The notes under the pieces are model-generated. The model had not been told where the DNA came from and searched no databases. It worked only from the letters and a program-made list of their open reading frames with translations. From positions 93,240,689-93,304,688 of the forward strand of contig NC_068982.1 of the NCBI RefSeq assembly GCF_001194135.2: a stretch of DNA of 64,000 nucleotides, in the 5' to 3' direction. Shown here in pieces: positions 51,026 through 63,900 of the stretch. Origin of the DNA: Octopus bimaculoides (lineage: Eukaryota). The translations under genes and the position numbers were made by a program. Position 1 is the stretch's first letter. The number at the start of each line of letters is the position of its first letter.

Positions 51026-51077
51026 ACTAGCAATGCACCCCGGCGTTGCCCGAGTGTTATAACATACAGCCATATTG

Positions 51078-51108
<31 letters not shown>

Positions 51109-51160
51109 CTCAATTTTCAAGTTCAATTTTCGAGATCAATGTACTCCGGCATTGCCCGGG
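51026..51160 (+). mobile_element. Helitron/Helentron-type non-autonomous element end motif, present twice
   Basis: ACTAGCAATGCACCCCGGCGTTGCCCGAG (51026-51054) and ACTCCGGCATTGCCCGGG (51143-51160) separated by (TA)n; resembles ACTAG..CCCGGCGTTGCCCGG ends. Confidence 0.45.
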
Positions 51161-51502
51161 TTTTGATAACAAAAACACCACGACCAACTGGTATTGCAGT
51201 ACATGTCTCCGATAAGGAAAAATTAATTTGAAATTGTACCAGTCAGTGAACATGGTGTGCATCCCGACCAATGAAGGGACACGCACTGTGGGTGGACTCA
51301 TGTGTATGTGACCTTAATTTACCCTCGTATAGATGCGCAGTGTTGTTGTCGTTTTTACTGAGGTTATCAGGTCAGACATTTGTTTTCCGTTGCATCACCT
51401 GCGTTATAGTACACGCTCAGCCACTGTGAAAAATAGGGAGATTGTAGCAAAATCCCGACGAACTTTGCTGCCTATGGAATGAATAATAAGCATGAATATA
51501 TA

Positions 51503-52784
51503 TTGGGTCATCCCATAAATAATGCGTTTTTTTTTTTCAATTGCATGAACTAAAAGTTAGAGTGGGTGGGATAAACTATCTGCATCAACTTGCTATAAAA
51601 GTAGGTAATAATTTTTCTTTATCGTTATTCTTAGAGCAAGTTTTGAAGAGTGCAGTTCGATTTTAACGGTTATTTTTTTCAAAGCTATAACGGAATTGAC
51701 AAAGGAGCATATTTGGCATATTTTGCTTTATGAGTTCAATAAAGGCAACAACGAAACGGAAAGTGCGAGGAATATTAATGCAGTACATGATGGGGATTGG
51801 ACAATAAGTGTCAACGGTGGTTCCAGAAATTCTGAGACGAAAACTACAACCTAGAAGACGAACCTCGTCCTGGAAAATCTGTAGAGCTCGACGAGGACGT
51901 CCTGCAAACTCTGGTGGAACAAAAATCCCATCGTAACTGTTGAGGAGCTAGCAGAGAAGCTTAGATTTGGTCATTCAACCATTCATCGACACCTGCATGC
52001 CATCGGAAAAGTCAACAAAAGGGTTCCTCACAAACTCTCCGAGTCTAATCGCGCGCAGGGAGTGAATGTATGGCTCTTCTTTACCGCCACATCTCACGAA
52101 TGAACCTTTTTCGGGGGTGGGGGACCAAATAGTGACTGGTGACGAGAAATGGGTTCTCTATAAAAATATTAAGCACCGAAGAAAGTGGGTAAGGGAAGGG
52201 GAAACACCAGCATCCCAGGCTAAAGAAGATCTTCACCAACATAAGGTATTATTATCTGTTTAGTGAAATATGAAAGGTTTAATCCACTTTGAACTTTTAA
52301 ACCTAAGCGAAACGATAACAAAAGAGATTTACTGCGAGCAGCTTGAGTGGTTTAAATCAGCGCTAGAAGAAAAACGACCATCTTTGGTTTCATGACGTAA
52401 GGTGTACTTCAATCAGGATAATGCTCGACCACATACAGCGAGGATGACATTCCAAAGGCTGGAGCAGTTTGAAAGGGAAACAATGCTCCACCCACCATAT
52501 TTTCCCCATTTGATTATCATTTATTCTGCAATCTTCCAAATCATTTGGACGAAAAAACTATATGAATTCTGTAGACGAGGTGAGAACAGTACTGGAGGAG
52601 TATTTTTCGTCACGGAATTTTGGAATTTTGGAAGAGGGGCTTTGCAAGTCTACCAGATAGATAGAAGAGCATTGTAGAAAATGAAGGAGAGCATATTTTA
52701 GATTAAAAAAGAATGTTGTTTATCTAAATTTTGAAAAACAAAAGAAGTATAAAAACGACCTGCATTATTTATGGGATGACCCAA
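51503..52784 (+). mobile_element. Full-length degenerate mariner transposon (1282 bp)
   Basis: TA|TTGGGTCATCCCATAAATAATGC ... GCATTATTTATGGGATGACCCAA|TA; EDEPRPG, IVTGDEKWVLY, QDNARPHTA, LHPPY motifs with stops and frameshifts. Confidence 0.95.
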
Positions 52785-54929
52785 TACTAATAATGATAAG
52801 CAACTTTGCATAAATTGAGTTGAATAAAGAGAAAAATGTTAAAGGCAAAACAGCTCATTGCTTCACGTCTTTATCACACTTGAATTTTCTATGCTTAATT
52901 CTTGGGGAAATTTTATTGAATTTAAAGCATGAGAATGCTCGTTTGGCGTTCCTGAGTCGTTTGCTACCAAGAAAATCTACATGGACAAATTGTTTTCAGT
53001 AGTAATGCCAGAAGCGATCACAATTATGCTTGTTTGAGGAAAGAAACTGAGTACGAATTCTTCTTGGAATAGCCAACAAACGGTGAAACTCCTTTAGGAA
53101 ATTCCTGCCTTATTTTTTTACACATTAACAACATAGAAAGATGCGTTTACGTTTATTTATTAAAGTGGCTTATATGTGCATATAATAAACCTTAATTATA
53201 TACGTGCAGAGTAAGATTTATTTTGGACATTAGAAAGCTCTGTACACCCTAGTAACAGTCAGCTACCTCTTTCAATTCAGACTATCTTTATATTTCTTTG
53301 GAGCTTTTGCTTTTTTATAGGAATCAGAGTTATTAGTTACGATGGTAATTAGTTTTGGCAAGCTGTTTTTGACTGCGTCTACAAATTATCTCACCGTCCG
53401 TCTTTGCCCATACTTATATTCAAACATTAGCGCGCCCTTCACTCCACCGTCACATACCGACACCATTTCCTGACGCATCAACGCTCGGATGCTAATACTT
53501 CTACTCACGATTAACATAGAAATAAAATTCTCTAATATTGTTAATGAATAGCTAATCTGTGTACTTCATGTTGTAATTTTCTTAGTTTCAGCTCACAATC
53601 TTAGATCAAATCACTTGCCAAACAAGTGCAATTTTTAGTATTAATTTCATTATTCTGAAAACGTCATCGGGATTCCAGTATATCGATATTTTCTCGAAAG
53701 TTTACCTTTAAAATAATACCAGGGGGAGAGAGTGGGTACAAGATCAACAAGGTATATATTAATGCCAATAAATATACACTCCCCTTTTCCTTTTATAGGG
53801 TGCTAAATATTTTTGTGCATTTCTCGGGTGTTTTTCGAGAATTATAAATTATTTCTGCACAAACACCCACCCAAATGCACACACACCTACATACACATAT
53901 ACATTTATACATACAAATATATATATGTATGTAGGACTCAGAACTTCTAGTTAACAAATTACCCGTAAATTTTACACTAGTTCCATTGATTACTGCACTG
54001 AGTTATACTAATCTCTGTACATAATTAAGGCAAGTGAACCCAAATGTCGATAATTAAGTGTTTTGACACACAGATTAACCTTTCAGTTGATTGTCCACTA
54101 ACTAATTCCCTTATTCATCTGTCTACAACTACACATAGTAACCATTTAGTACTAGACGGGTTGAGTCTTCAGATATAAAAGTCTTTATCATTGATAAAGA
54201 TTAACCATTGAGGACAGTATTCGAGCTGTCGACCTTTCGATCGGTAATTCAATACTCTTCCAATTCTGCCAATTAGAACTCTATATTCTTTGGTTCATAT
54301 TTCATTGTCATGCAAGGCATCATTGCCATACATGCCAAATCTGGCAAGGCATCTTAGCCATTATTGCCAAATTCGGCAATCTGGAAAATACATGAAATGA
54401 ATTTTGTATAAAACTTATTGAAATAGCTGAAAAATGTAGCATGTAGAATATTTTTTCTTCATTATTTCATCTTCATTTTCTTTCTTATCCTTTTTTTTTT
54501 TCGTTTTGGTTAGAACTTTTTTGTGAAGGAAATGTATCTCCAATTAGACAATCTGCTTTCGTTTGAATTTTCGTCACTATTTGCTGTGAAAATTAAGTAA
54601 CTTGACTCGAGAAAGATTTATTTTGAGCCAAACAACATATACATTGTAGACAACGCGTCTTCATTCGTACTGTAGCGTAAAAATCAGTAATGTGATATCG
54701 AAATTTAAAAATCTACAAACATGTGCATTCTTATAACATCTTGACTAAAGAGTCAAGATGAGAAACTGCCAAGTGCTGGATTGGTCTCGACAAAAGTACT
54801 TTTAGGAGTTGAGTTAATTACTCCCTAAACTACAGATATTCATAAAGCCAGTACTTTATTTTGATTTCAGGGGAAAAAACTAATCTTACCCTCGTGAATA
54901 ATGCAGATTTTTTTTCTAGCAGATAATCA

Positions 54930-55680
54930 CTGGCAAGAGTTTTGGTTAATGAAGTAAATTTTACTCAGCTACAGACAAATATGCAAGTCATTAATACATC
55001 GATAAAGAGCAGAACAATTACCTGGGCTGGAAGAAAAGATAGTGGATGTTTCTCTACTCATGGTTTCAGTAGCACCTCAACGCTCAAACTGTATTTGACA
55101 CGTCAGACGCAAGTAACACGTTGGACACGTCAGATGCAATGCAATTAGATTAGGATCAGCATGTTAAGCAGAGAAAATAACCCTTCAGGACAGCGCCCGA
55201 GTTTCCCCAGTTTCTTAAGACATGGAAAAATGCATTGCTGTTAAAAGTGAATATTAGTTGAGGCGTTGTTCATACATGGAGCAAACATCCGTCGGACCAG
55301 ATAAACAGTACAGCAACCAGGAATTAGCGGCGATAAATTTATCTGGTCATGGATCAACCAGTCACCTATTCTATGTGACACAAGAAAACTTAGCAGAAGG
55401 GAGAATAATATCGTATTCACTAAATATTTCTGTCTTGCTTCACTAAACGTTTCTGTCTTGTTTCAAGACTTTGATTACTCAGCCATTACACATACGGTGA
55501 GAGATAAGTTACATTTCATCGAGATGCCTACCTCTATCATCGGAGCTGATTTAATTTATCAGTTTGGTATGTCAGTCGATTTAAAGCATCATCAGCTCAA
55601 TTACTTCACGACCAGGCTTATTGTTCGAGTTGTTACACCAATGTTTCTTACTGTTAGAATTGGAGGAAGGAGCAGTACCT
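54930..55680 (+). mobile_element. Highly decayed Ty3/Gypsy gag-protease remnant
   Basis: TSHLFYVT (SRLFYV-like) and PTSIIGADLIYQFGMSVDLKHHQL (PIIGADFL..FGL.VD-like) protease motifs. Confidence 0.45.
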
Positions 55681-56631
55681 GAGGCCTTCCTTCACAGTCC
55701 CTCAGAGGCCAGCGAAATTGATGCGGCCAACCTTACTCTTTAACTATTGTAATTGGACAAATGCAAGAAAGAAACGAGTATACTCCCATAAGCTGGGGAA
55801 GTTCTTTCCTCCAGCAGTTGTTTGCCTCTCCATCGGTAAGGGCTTAATGGGGTTATCTTCTGATTCTGGTACTTTCGGTAGCAGTGAACCATTTTACGGG
55901 ATGGGTAGGTGATCTATCACCAACCCTGATCGTTCTGCAAAACACACTTTGGATCGGTTTTATATTAATGTTTTTTTTTGTTTTTTTTTAAAGTAACTGT
56001 TACTTTATCAGATGCAGCACGGAATTTTGTCAGTGAACAGGTCGCAGTTTCAAGGTGACGAAAATATTTTTAAGAATTAAATTTAAATGTTGAAGTGAAT
56101 CTAACGCGTGTTTTTAATCTAATGTGTTTTTAACCTAACGTGTGTTTTTAAATGGCTTATAAACACCATCCACGCTGCAATTGTTTAAAAATAAAAAAGT
56201 AATTATCAAAACAATTTGTTTTTGTTTTGTTTTTTTATTGTTTTATTTTTTTTTGTTTTTTGTTTTTTTGTCTTTGCTCAAGTCTTAAATCTTTATTATT
56301 TTGTCGGAGTTGAAAGCTTGATATTTTCAGACGATCCAAGTGATGTGAGCTCGATCTGGTTGATTCTCGTATTGCACATTTGTAGTTTGGCTACTTGGTT
56401 TTCCTAGATAATGACGTTTTTCACTCAGTATGTTCTAAAGCTGTTAATTTCCCCTCAAAAGTCTAGCGTACATTTTTGTAAATTTCTTATAAGATATAAT
56501 TGGTGTGCTGCGAATTTATTATTCGTTATACACTTTATGATTTTATTTAAATATCTTATTCTGTGATATAGACTATTGGTATTTTCTTCTTGTTTTGTTA
56601 TCAACCTTGGTTGCTTGATTTGAGGTATTTC

Positions 56632-56850
56632 AAATGTGGTGAGCTGGCAGAAACGTTAACACGCCGGTCGAAATGCTTAGCAGTATTTCGTCTGCCGTTA
56701 CGTTCTGAGTTCAAATTTCGCCGAGGTCGACTTTGCCTTTCATCCTTTCGCGGTCGATGAATTAAGTAGCAGTTACGTACTGGGGTCGATGTAATCGACT
56801 TAATCACTTTGTCCGTCCTTGTTTGTCCCCTTGTGGGCAATAAAGAAATA
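56632..56850 (+). mobile_element. SINE family 1, full copy
   Basis: GGTGAGCTGGCAGAAACGTTAACACGCCGGTCGAAATGC..GAGTTCAAATTTCGCCGAGGTCGAC..GTGGGCAATAAAGAAAT. Confidence 0.9.
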
Positions 56851-56889
56851 AGAAACATTAGCATGCCAGGCAAAATACTTAGCCGTATT

Positions 56890-57043
56890 GGATCTTTTTT
56901 AAAACGGGGGCCACATTTTTCATTAACGAAACACTTTGAAACTTGGAACACTGGTAGAATGTGTCATATAAAACATCTTTTTCTCTTAGTCTTCTTAAAA
57001 AAAAAAAAGAAATCCCTAAGTTATTCCATGTTAAAGTTGTCGT
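56890..57043. mobile_element. Second copy of the Merlin-like MITE, inserted inside a SINE (remainder in gap)
   Basis: Reverse complement of about 22165-22334; SINE head 56850-56889 stops at CCGTATT and the SINE body resumes at 57450. Confidence 0.8.
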
Positions 57044-57449
57044 NNNNNNNNNNNNNNNNNNNNNNNNNNNNNNNNNNNNNNNNNNNNNNNNNNNNNNNNN
57101 NNNNNNNNNNNNNNNNNNNNNNNNNNNNNNNNNNNNNNNNNNNNNNNNNNNNNNNNNNNNNNNNNNNNNNNNNNNNNNNNNNNNNNNNNNNNNNNNNNNN
57201 NNNNNNNNNNNNNNNNNNNNNNNNNNNNNNNNNNNNNNNNNNNNNNNNNNNNNNNNNNNNNNNNNNNNNNNNNNNNNNNNNNNNNNNNNNNNNNNNNNNN
57301 NNNNNNNNNNNNNNNNNNNNNNNNNNNNNNNNNNNNNNNNNNNNNNNNNNNNNNNNNNNNNNNNNNNNNNNNNNNNNNNNNNNNNNNNNNNNNNNNNNNN
57401 NNNNNNNNNNNNNNNNNNNNNNNNNNNNNNNNNNNNNNNNNNNNNNNNN

Positions 57450-57795
57450 GTGTCATTATGTTCTGAGTTCAAATTCTGCCGGGATCGATTTTGCCTTTCA
57501 TTCTTTCGGGGTCGATAAATTAAGTACCAGTTGCGTCCTGGACTCGATCTAATCGACTGGCTCACTCCCCTAAAATTTCGGGCCTTGTGCCTAGAGTAGA
57601 AATGATTATTATTTTAAGGCGGCAAGCTGGCAGAAACGTTAGCGCGCCAGGTGAAAAATGCTTATCGGTATTTCGTCAGTCTTTCATCCTTTCGGGGTCG
57701 ATAAATTAAGTACCAGTTGCGTACTGGGGTCGATCTAATCGACTGGCCCCCTCCCCCAAAATTTTGGGCCTTGTGCCTCGAGTAGAACAGAATTT
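57450..57795 (+). mobile_element. Two tandem SINE family 1 copies
   Basis: 57450-57605 body and tail; 57616-57795 head AAGGCGGCAAGCTGGCAG with an internal deletion and tail GGCCTTGTGCCT. Confidence 0.85.
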
Positions 57796-57875
57796 GAGGT
57801 ATTTCATTAACAAGGACATTGAATATTTCTATTAATACAAATACTGATCGTCCACCACATACTCTTATATTTTCG

Positions 57876-57934
57876 TATGCTCTCTAGTGATATCATATGC
57901 TCTCTAGTGATATCATATGCTCTCTAGTGATATC
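57876..57934. repeat. Exact 20-bp tandem repeat, about 3 copies
   Basis: TATGCTCTCTAGTGATATCA at 57876 and 57896, third copy at 57916 lacking the final A. Confidence 0.95.
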
Positions 57935-58634
57935 GCCAGTAACTCTTAACACAAGAAAGGTTGTTCTTTTTTCTCCTAATCTCGTAAAAAATTATCTTTT
58001 ATTTAATAAATTTCTATCTTTTATTTTTCTTTGTTTCGGTGATAAAACTGCGGCCATACTGGGATACCGGTGAAGGTTTGTTTACATGTATAACACTTTC
58101 TTATGACAGGATTTGATTGATTTTGGACATCTTCAGAAAATCAGCTTACATCAAGCAGTTAAATAACAATTGCTTTCTGTGACAACTATTTTCCGAGCAA
58201 AGACAGACGCATGTTGTTGAAGTCGTTTGGCCTTGAAGCGATTTAAATTCGGTTAACCTTCATCTAGATATTTTTCCCTCGCTTTATTTTGTACTTATAG
58301 TATTTGATTTAATTGTAAGAAGAAGAAAACTACTAACATCGGGTTAGATAGCTTAACATTTGGTAATTGTTATGATAGTACTACCAAATTTTGATTGTAT
58401 TGGTGTAGGTCACGTTGTCATCATCATAATTGCGAAACCACGCGTGCTGAAAAGTAAATTCTGTAATTCAGTCAGAATAAAGCAAAGTCGATAAATAGGT
58501 GTTTGTCTTATTTTAACTAAAATATGAGTTGAGTTAAAAATTTGTGGAGCAGACTGGTTTTTCAAAAGCCGGGGGTCTGAGGAAATAAATTTAAACAAAA
58601 TGAATCTTGGTAGTGCAGAACATGTGAAATATTA

Positions 58635-59500
58635 GTGTAGGTGATCAATAAGTATCCGGACTGTTGCCAAAGTAACGAAATTGACGCACAGATTGACCTT
58701 AAACTCTGCCGTGCACTAAGTTTTAACGTTCTAGCTCATTGCCGCTGTTTACAACAGCGCTTGGAAGGAACGTGTGTAGCGTGTGATCATCATTTTGACC
58801 ATGACAGAGAAAGTTGATTAGAGAATCTGCAACAAATTTTGCCAAAAGCTTGGCGATACATCCTCAGAGGCCAACGCAAAGTTTTCAAAATGTTTTCATC
58901 GTTCTTGACACAATCAAGGAGATCTTGTGCAACAGAAGCTCTAGTGAATTTTGGTCAGCTAAAAGCAGTTTTGGCACAAACTTGGCAGACACGCGTCTCA
59001 TATCCAAATGTTCAGTGATAATGGACTGAAGTGAACCGTAACTAATCTGCACATCCTTTGATAACTCACGGATGGTGATTCGACGACTTTCCCTCACAGC
59101 TTCATGCACAGCTGCAATGTTTTTCTCAGCTCTGCTGGTTGTGGGTCTCCCAGAATATTCATCAATATCAACATTTTTTTAGCCATCTTGGAAACGTCTG
59201 AACCACTCGTACACTTGTGTATGGCTCATACACGCCTCTCCATACACTTTCTGCAACTTTGCGTAGGCCTCTGGGCAGGTATCGCCATGACAACTTTCTC
59301 TGTCATGGTCAATGTGACGATCACATACTACACACGTTCCTCCCAAGCACTGCTGTAAACAGCGGAAGTAAGCTAGAACGTTAAAACTTTATGCGCATGC
59401 ATAACAGAGTTCAAGGTCAATCTTTGCCAAGCGGCTTTACTCTGCGTTGTTTAACTTCGTTACTATGGCAACAGTCTGGATACTTATTGATCAAACTGCG
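58635..59500. mobile_element. Mariner derivative built from two inverted 5' ends (866 bp)
   Basis: TA flanks; GATCAATAAGTATCCRGACTGTTGCC at both ends; about 250-bp arms both contain the ATGACAGAGAAAGTTG start; minus-strand HTH region HEAVRESRRITIRELS..MRRVSAKFVPKLL. Confidence 0.85.
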
Positions 59501-60360
59501 TATATATACGCGCGTGCGCGCGCGCGTGTGTGTATGTGTGTATTTATGTCCCCGTAAGTTATCGGTTCAGCAAAAAGACATAAAATAAATACCGGATTTG
59601 TGTTTTTTTTTTAGATCAGTATCGGGTTCGATTTGTCTGACTAAACTCTTCAATTCGGTGCCCCAGCATGGCCGCAATTCAGTGACTGAAGCAAGTAAAA
59701 GATAAAATCTATAAATCATATATAACCAATGAGAAATTGAGCACTTACAAGGAAACTCATTCTTGTCATATCGTAAAAACTACTGCTTTTCTCTTTACAG
59801 TAAACAAAATTTACAACGTTATAAATTTCGCTAAAACACTGACTACATTTTGATAGCTATAGTTAAATGAAAACGGAGATCAGCGCTAAAAAAATTTTCC
59901 ATCATAATACACCAAACATTTTATCGTAATAGTTAAGTATGTGTAATTTGATAGGAGAACTTTCGAATGGTTTAAGATATTGGTGTCATAAATTTTCATC
60001 AAGGTTATCACACTTGAGTATTCATCAAAGGGAATTTATCAAATTAATTATAAATAACACAGCACAAAAGATGTTCAATATATAATACTGTCCGAGCTTG
60101 AAATATTGAACATAACTCATAGTCTCCATCATTCCCCGGAGAATATTGCTGTTAATTCATCAATATTTCTTATACTTTCCATTAAAGGCGATGAATGGTA
60201 GACACGGTGGGGAGTTGAACTAAGCACTTTGTGGTATTTAGTTCAAATCTTGCTAAACTCGATTTATTTTTCATTCTTCCAAAAATCTATAAAATATGTA
60301 CAAGTCAAGAACTTGTGTCCATTCAAGTGATTATACCATTTCCCAAAAGGTGACACACTA

Positions 60361-60750
60361 TTGTTGTTGTTGGCACTCCGTCGCTTACAACATCGAGGGT
60401 TCCAGTTGATCCGATCAACGGAACAGCCTGCTCGTGAAATCAACGTGCAAGTGGCTGAGCACTCCACAGACACATGCACCTTTAACGTAGTTCTCGGGGA
60501 TATTCAGCGTGACACAGTGTGACAAGGCTGACCCTTTGAATTACAGGCACAACAGAAACAGGAAGTAAGAGTGAGAGAAAGTTGTGGTGAAAGAGTACAG
60601 CAGGGTTCGCCACCATCCCCTGCCGGAGCCTCGTGGAGCTTTTAGGTGTTTTCGCTCAAGAAACACTCACAACGCCCGGTCTGGGAATCGAAACCGAGAT
60701 CCTATGACCGCGAGCCCGCTGCCCTAACCACTGGGCCATTGCGCCTCCAC
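60361..60750 (-). mobile_element. SINE family 4, full copy with TSD
   Basis: Reverse complement of 16217-16600; flanks TGACACACTA (60351-60360) and TGACACATTA (60751-60760). Confidence 0.9.
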
Positions 60751-62429
60751 TGACACATTATACTAAAGTTAGAAATAAAGAATAGAAAATTGATTATATT
60801 TAAAGTTAATTTTCAGTCTGATTTTTAACGCACAATTTGTTAGAGTTGATTATCAATAGCTGAACGACTAGGTGGTCCCACAGATCGTTGTCCCAGATGA
60901 ACCTTGAAGGTGACAGCACAGTACACTTAGACATACAGTGATGACTCGTGTAGTGTGACAGTCCAGACTCGTAGTACTTACCCTACTGCCCAGTCTATTC
61001 TGGTTCGACTGTTTCTGTTTAGCCTCAGTTCAGAAATTATCGAAGTTATCAAACATATCTATGATCAAAAGCATTCTTGCAATGACCATCTCGTTTTTCG
61101 TATATCAATGACTACATTGATTAATGTATTCTTCTTTATTTAAGATAGAGCGTGTTATGTGAGGGAGTATTTATTATTTCTAGTGTGATGAGGAACCGTG
61201 TAGAGGATCCGTTACAGTGTGTCAGTTTGGATATGTTGCGCTCACTCCACTGCGCAGTCCATTTATGTACCTAGAGACTCCGGTGTTGGCCACAGTAGAG
61301 GTTGGCAGGCTGCATTACGTTAGAGAGTGGTCGTTGCACTTCATTCCAACACATTGTTTTAGACAACTTTTGTTCCCGATATTGCAGATATTTCAATATA
61401 TGTGTGTACTTTATATTTGTTTGGGTTGAGTGGGAACAACATTGCTCCGGTATTGTATGAACAAGTGGTCGTTCATTTCAAGTATCTTTTGTTTTGTTGT
61501 GTAAACGAATAGTATTTCATGTATAACCTGTGATAGGTAATGTGTAGTATGCAATTTTATGTACTTTATAATTGCAGTAGTATTATGTAGAATGTTTATA
61601 CCACTGGGTGTTTATAGTGGATACAGGCCCTTAAAGATCTAGAATTAAATTGACTTGATTGTTGTCCTTTGTTAAAATAATTTTTCCATAGATTCGATAC
61701 AGTTTCTAGATTATGCTTTTAAAACTTTTTAGCTTGTATAGCCTTAAGCTTTCTATCTAGTTTTTGTATCATGTGTTAAACGAGGCAAAACACTGAATTC
61801 ACTCTGTTTTTAATGTTTTAGGAAATTAATAAAGCATCTGATTCATTATGTTAAACTTCATATTCACTTATCTTGCTAGAACTAGTTAATTGACTAATTA
61901 GCTTGTTAACAGAATTAACAGAATTTATCTTCATAAATTCTGTTAACCTAGGAGGAACAAATATTAGTCTCTTACTTGAAGAGATAGACTGGTAAGTGTT
62001 CTATAGGGCAACTCGGTAACTCCGCCAACAATTTTGTAGACTTCTTTCTCTTTTCTGTCTCAGATGAATGGTTATCATGTCTAATATCACGCATATTATA
62101 ATCCTGAAAGTTAATTTACTATCCGATTGATTTTAAGTCCAGTATTTAATGCATTTTACCAGTCCAAGTATAATTCTTTAAACATATAACGCGCAGTTCA
62201 ACCACGTTTCTTTTCTATACAATCTTGTTAGGATTTTTTTTTCTTTTGTATTTCACCTTTCTGCTATTATTAATTATCTGACAAACCTTTATGGTTGCTG
62301 TCACTCTCCTCTAAAAGTCGGTTATATAAAGCCTTCAGCAATACACTTAAAATACTAGTTACATACAAACACACACAGACACAGACATGTATGTATGTAT
62401 ATAGATATATATACATATAAATGTGTATA

Positions 62430-62471
62430 TTTATGTGTGTGTGTGTGTGTTTTGTGTGTGTATGTGTGTGT

Positions 62472-62506
<35 letters not shown>

Positions 62507-62516
62507 NNNNNNNNNN

Positions 62517-62560
<44 letters not shown>
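62430..62560. repeat. (GT)n microsatellite with 10-N gap
   Basis: Direct inspection. Confidence 0.9.
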
Positions 62561-62562
<2 letters not shown>

Positions 62563-63249
62563 AAGAACGAGATATTACAATATACCTGAGGGAACTGGCT
62601 CCACTATAAACCTCATGTTCTCGCTCTCCAACTCCTAAATTTCTCAATACAAACCTAGAATGTATTTCTGTAACAAAAAAATATAAATAAACAGAAAGTA
62701 TTCTAAGTCTGTAAAAGTACTTAACGATTCAGAGCTATCAGTGTGAAAACCCAGTGACAGTCTGCACCAATTGAAGACAATTCAAATCCAAATACAGCCT
62801 ATCGTTTAATGGTCCATATGGACTTCGTTTTCCTGACAAGATCCTAATATTACTGTCTTACTCGCTGCCATAACAACTTTCTCTTCAGATAGTACATCAA
62901 TTCTCTGTAGTCACTGAGGCGTTCCTCTAGTCACAAAGCTAAATATAATAGGTCACTCGATATGTGTGTGTCTATGTAAGTACATACGTAGAAAGAATGT
63001 ATGTGTGTGAGGAAGAGAGATAGAGAAAGAGAAAGAAGTGGGGAAGAAGGTACGAGAGTAAGAGAATATTTGGTGATGAGTCTCATAACCCAGCGGGTTA
63101 TCTTCATATCTAAGGCAAATCATCCTGTTGGAACCCGTTCCCCTTCAACTTATACCCACGGGAAGAATTGAACGCAGCACTGAAAGTTAACGAAACACTC
63201 ATAAATTTTATTGTGTTCCTGTTGATCACTATGATCCCGCTGCTTGCAG

Positions 63250-63440
63250 CAATGAGCTATGGTATCTACTTACAGCCTGGTATTTATTTACAGCCCCACC
63301 ATAATATCTATTTACAACCTGGTGAACTGAGAAGCCGTTGAGGATCAGATGCCTTCATTATGGACACAATGCAGTCAGTCCTTATGACAGAATACAAACT
63401 GCTCGCTCTTGGATACTGTATCCAATCAGCACTCTGCCAA
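63250..63440 (-). mobile_element. Old CORE-type SINE remnant
   Basis: Reverse complement ..CATTGTGTCCATAATGAAGGCATCTGATCCTCAACGGCTTCTCAGTTCACCAGGTTGTAAATAG resembles a CORE domain. Confidence 0.4.
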
Positions 63441-63664
63441 TCTAAGATTAAATGTCTATAAATTGAGCACACAATCAAACTGAAAATATGTTTCGCTATT
63501 TATTTCTCTCACAGGCAAGGCAGTGTGGTTTAGAACTTCACTTCGCAATCACTTCGTTCAATTTTTCTGGAAGCATCTTGAGTAAGATAACCTCAGGTTG
63601 ACCCATAACGTAAGTGAAGCTACGTAGACGAAAACAAAGCCCCGGGTAGATTGTACTGCGTTAT

Positions 63665-63900
63665 ATAAATATGTATATATGTATACATGCAAAACGAGAG
63701 AAAACGAAAAGTGGAGACCTTCAGACGATCATTATGTATAAATATATAGATATTTATATTAATAGATCCAACTTACACAGAGTGCAAATGACAGAGAAAA
63801 TCAAAGGTGAGGACGAAAGGTGTTATAAGTCAAACAGCTGTTTCTGGAAGCTTGGAGAGGCATCATAATGTTGGTAGATGTAGTTCATCACAATATGCGG
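63665..63900 (-). mobile_element. Penelope-like pseudo-LTR fragment with decayed hammerhead
   Basis: Minus strand GTGATGA..GAAACAGCTGTTTGAC (palindromic ACAGCTGT); downstream matches 30690-30845. Confidence 0.55.

Noticed and set aside
61140-61660. Possible LINE 3' end
   Set aside because: No convincing translated motif; left unclassified.
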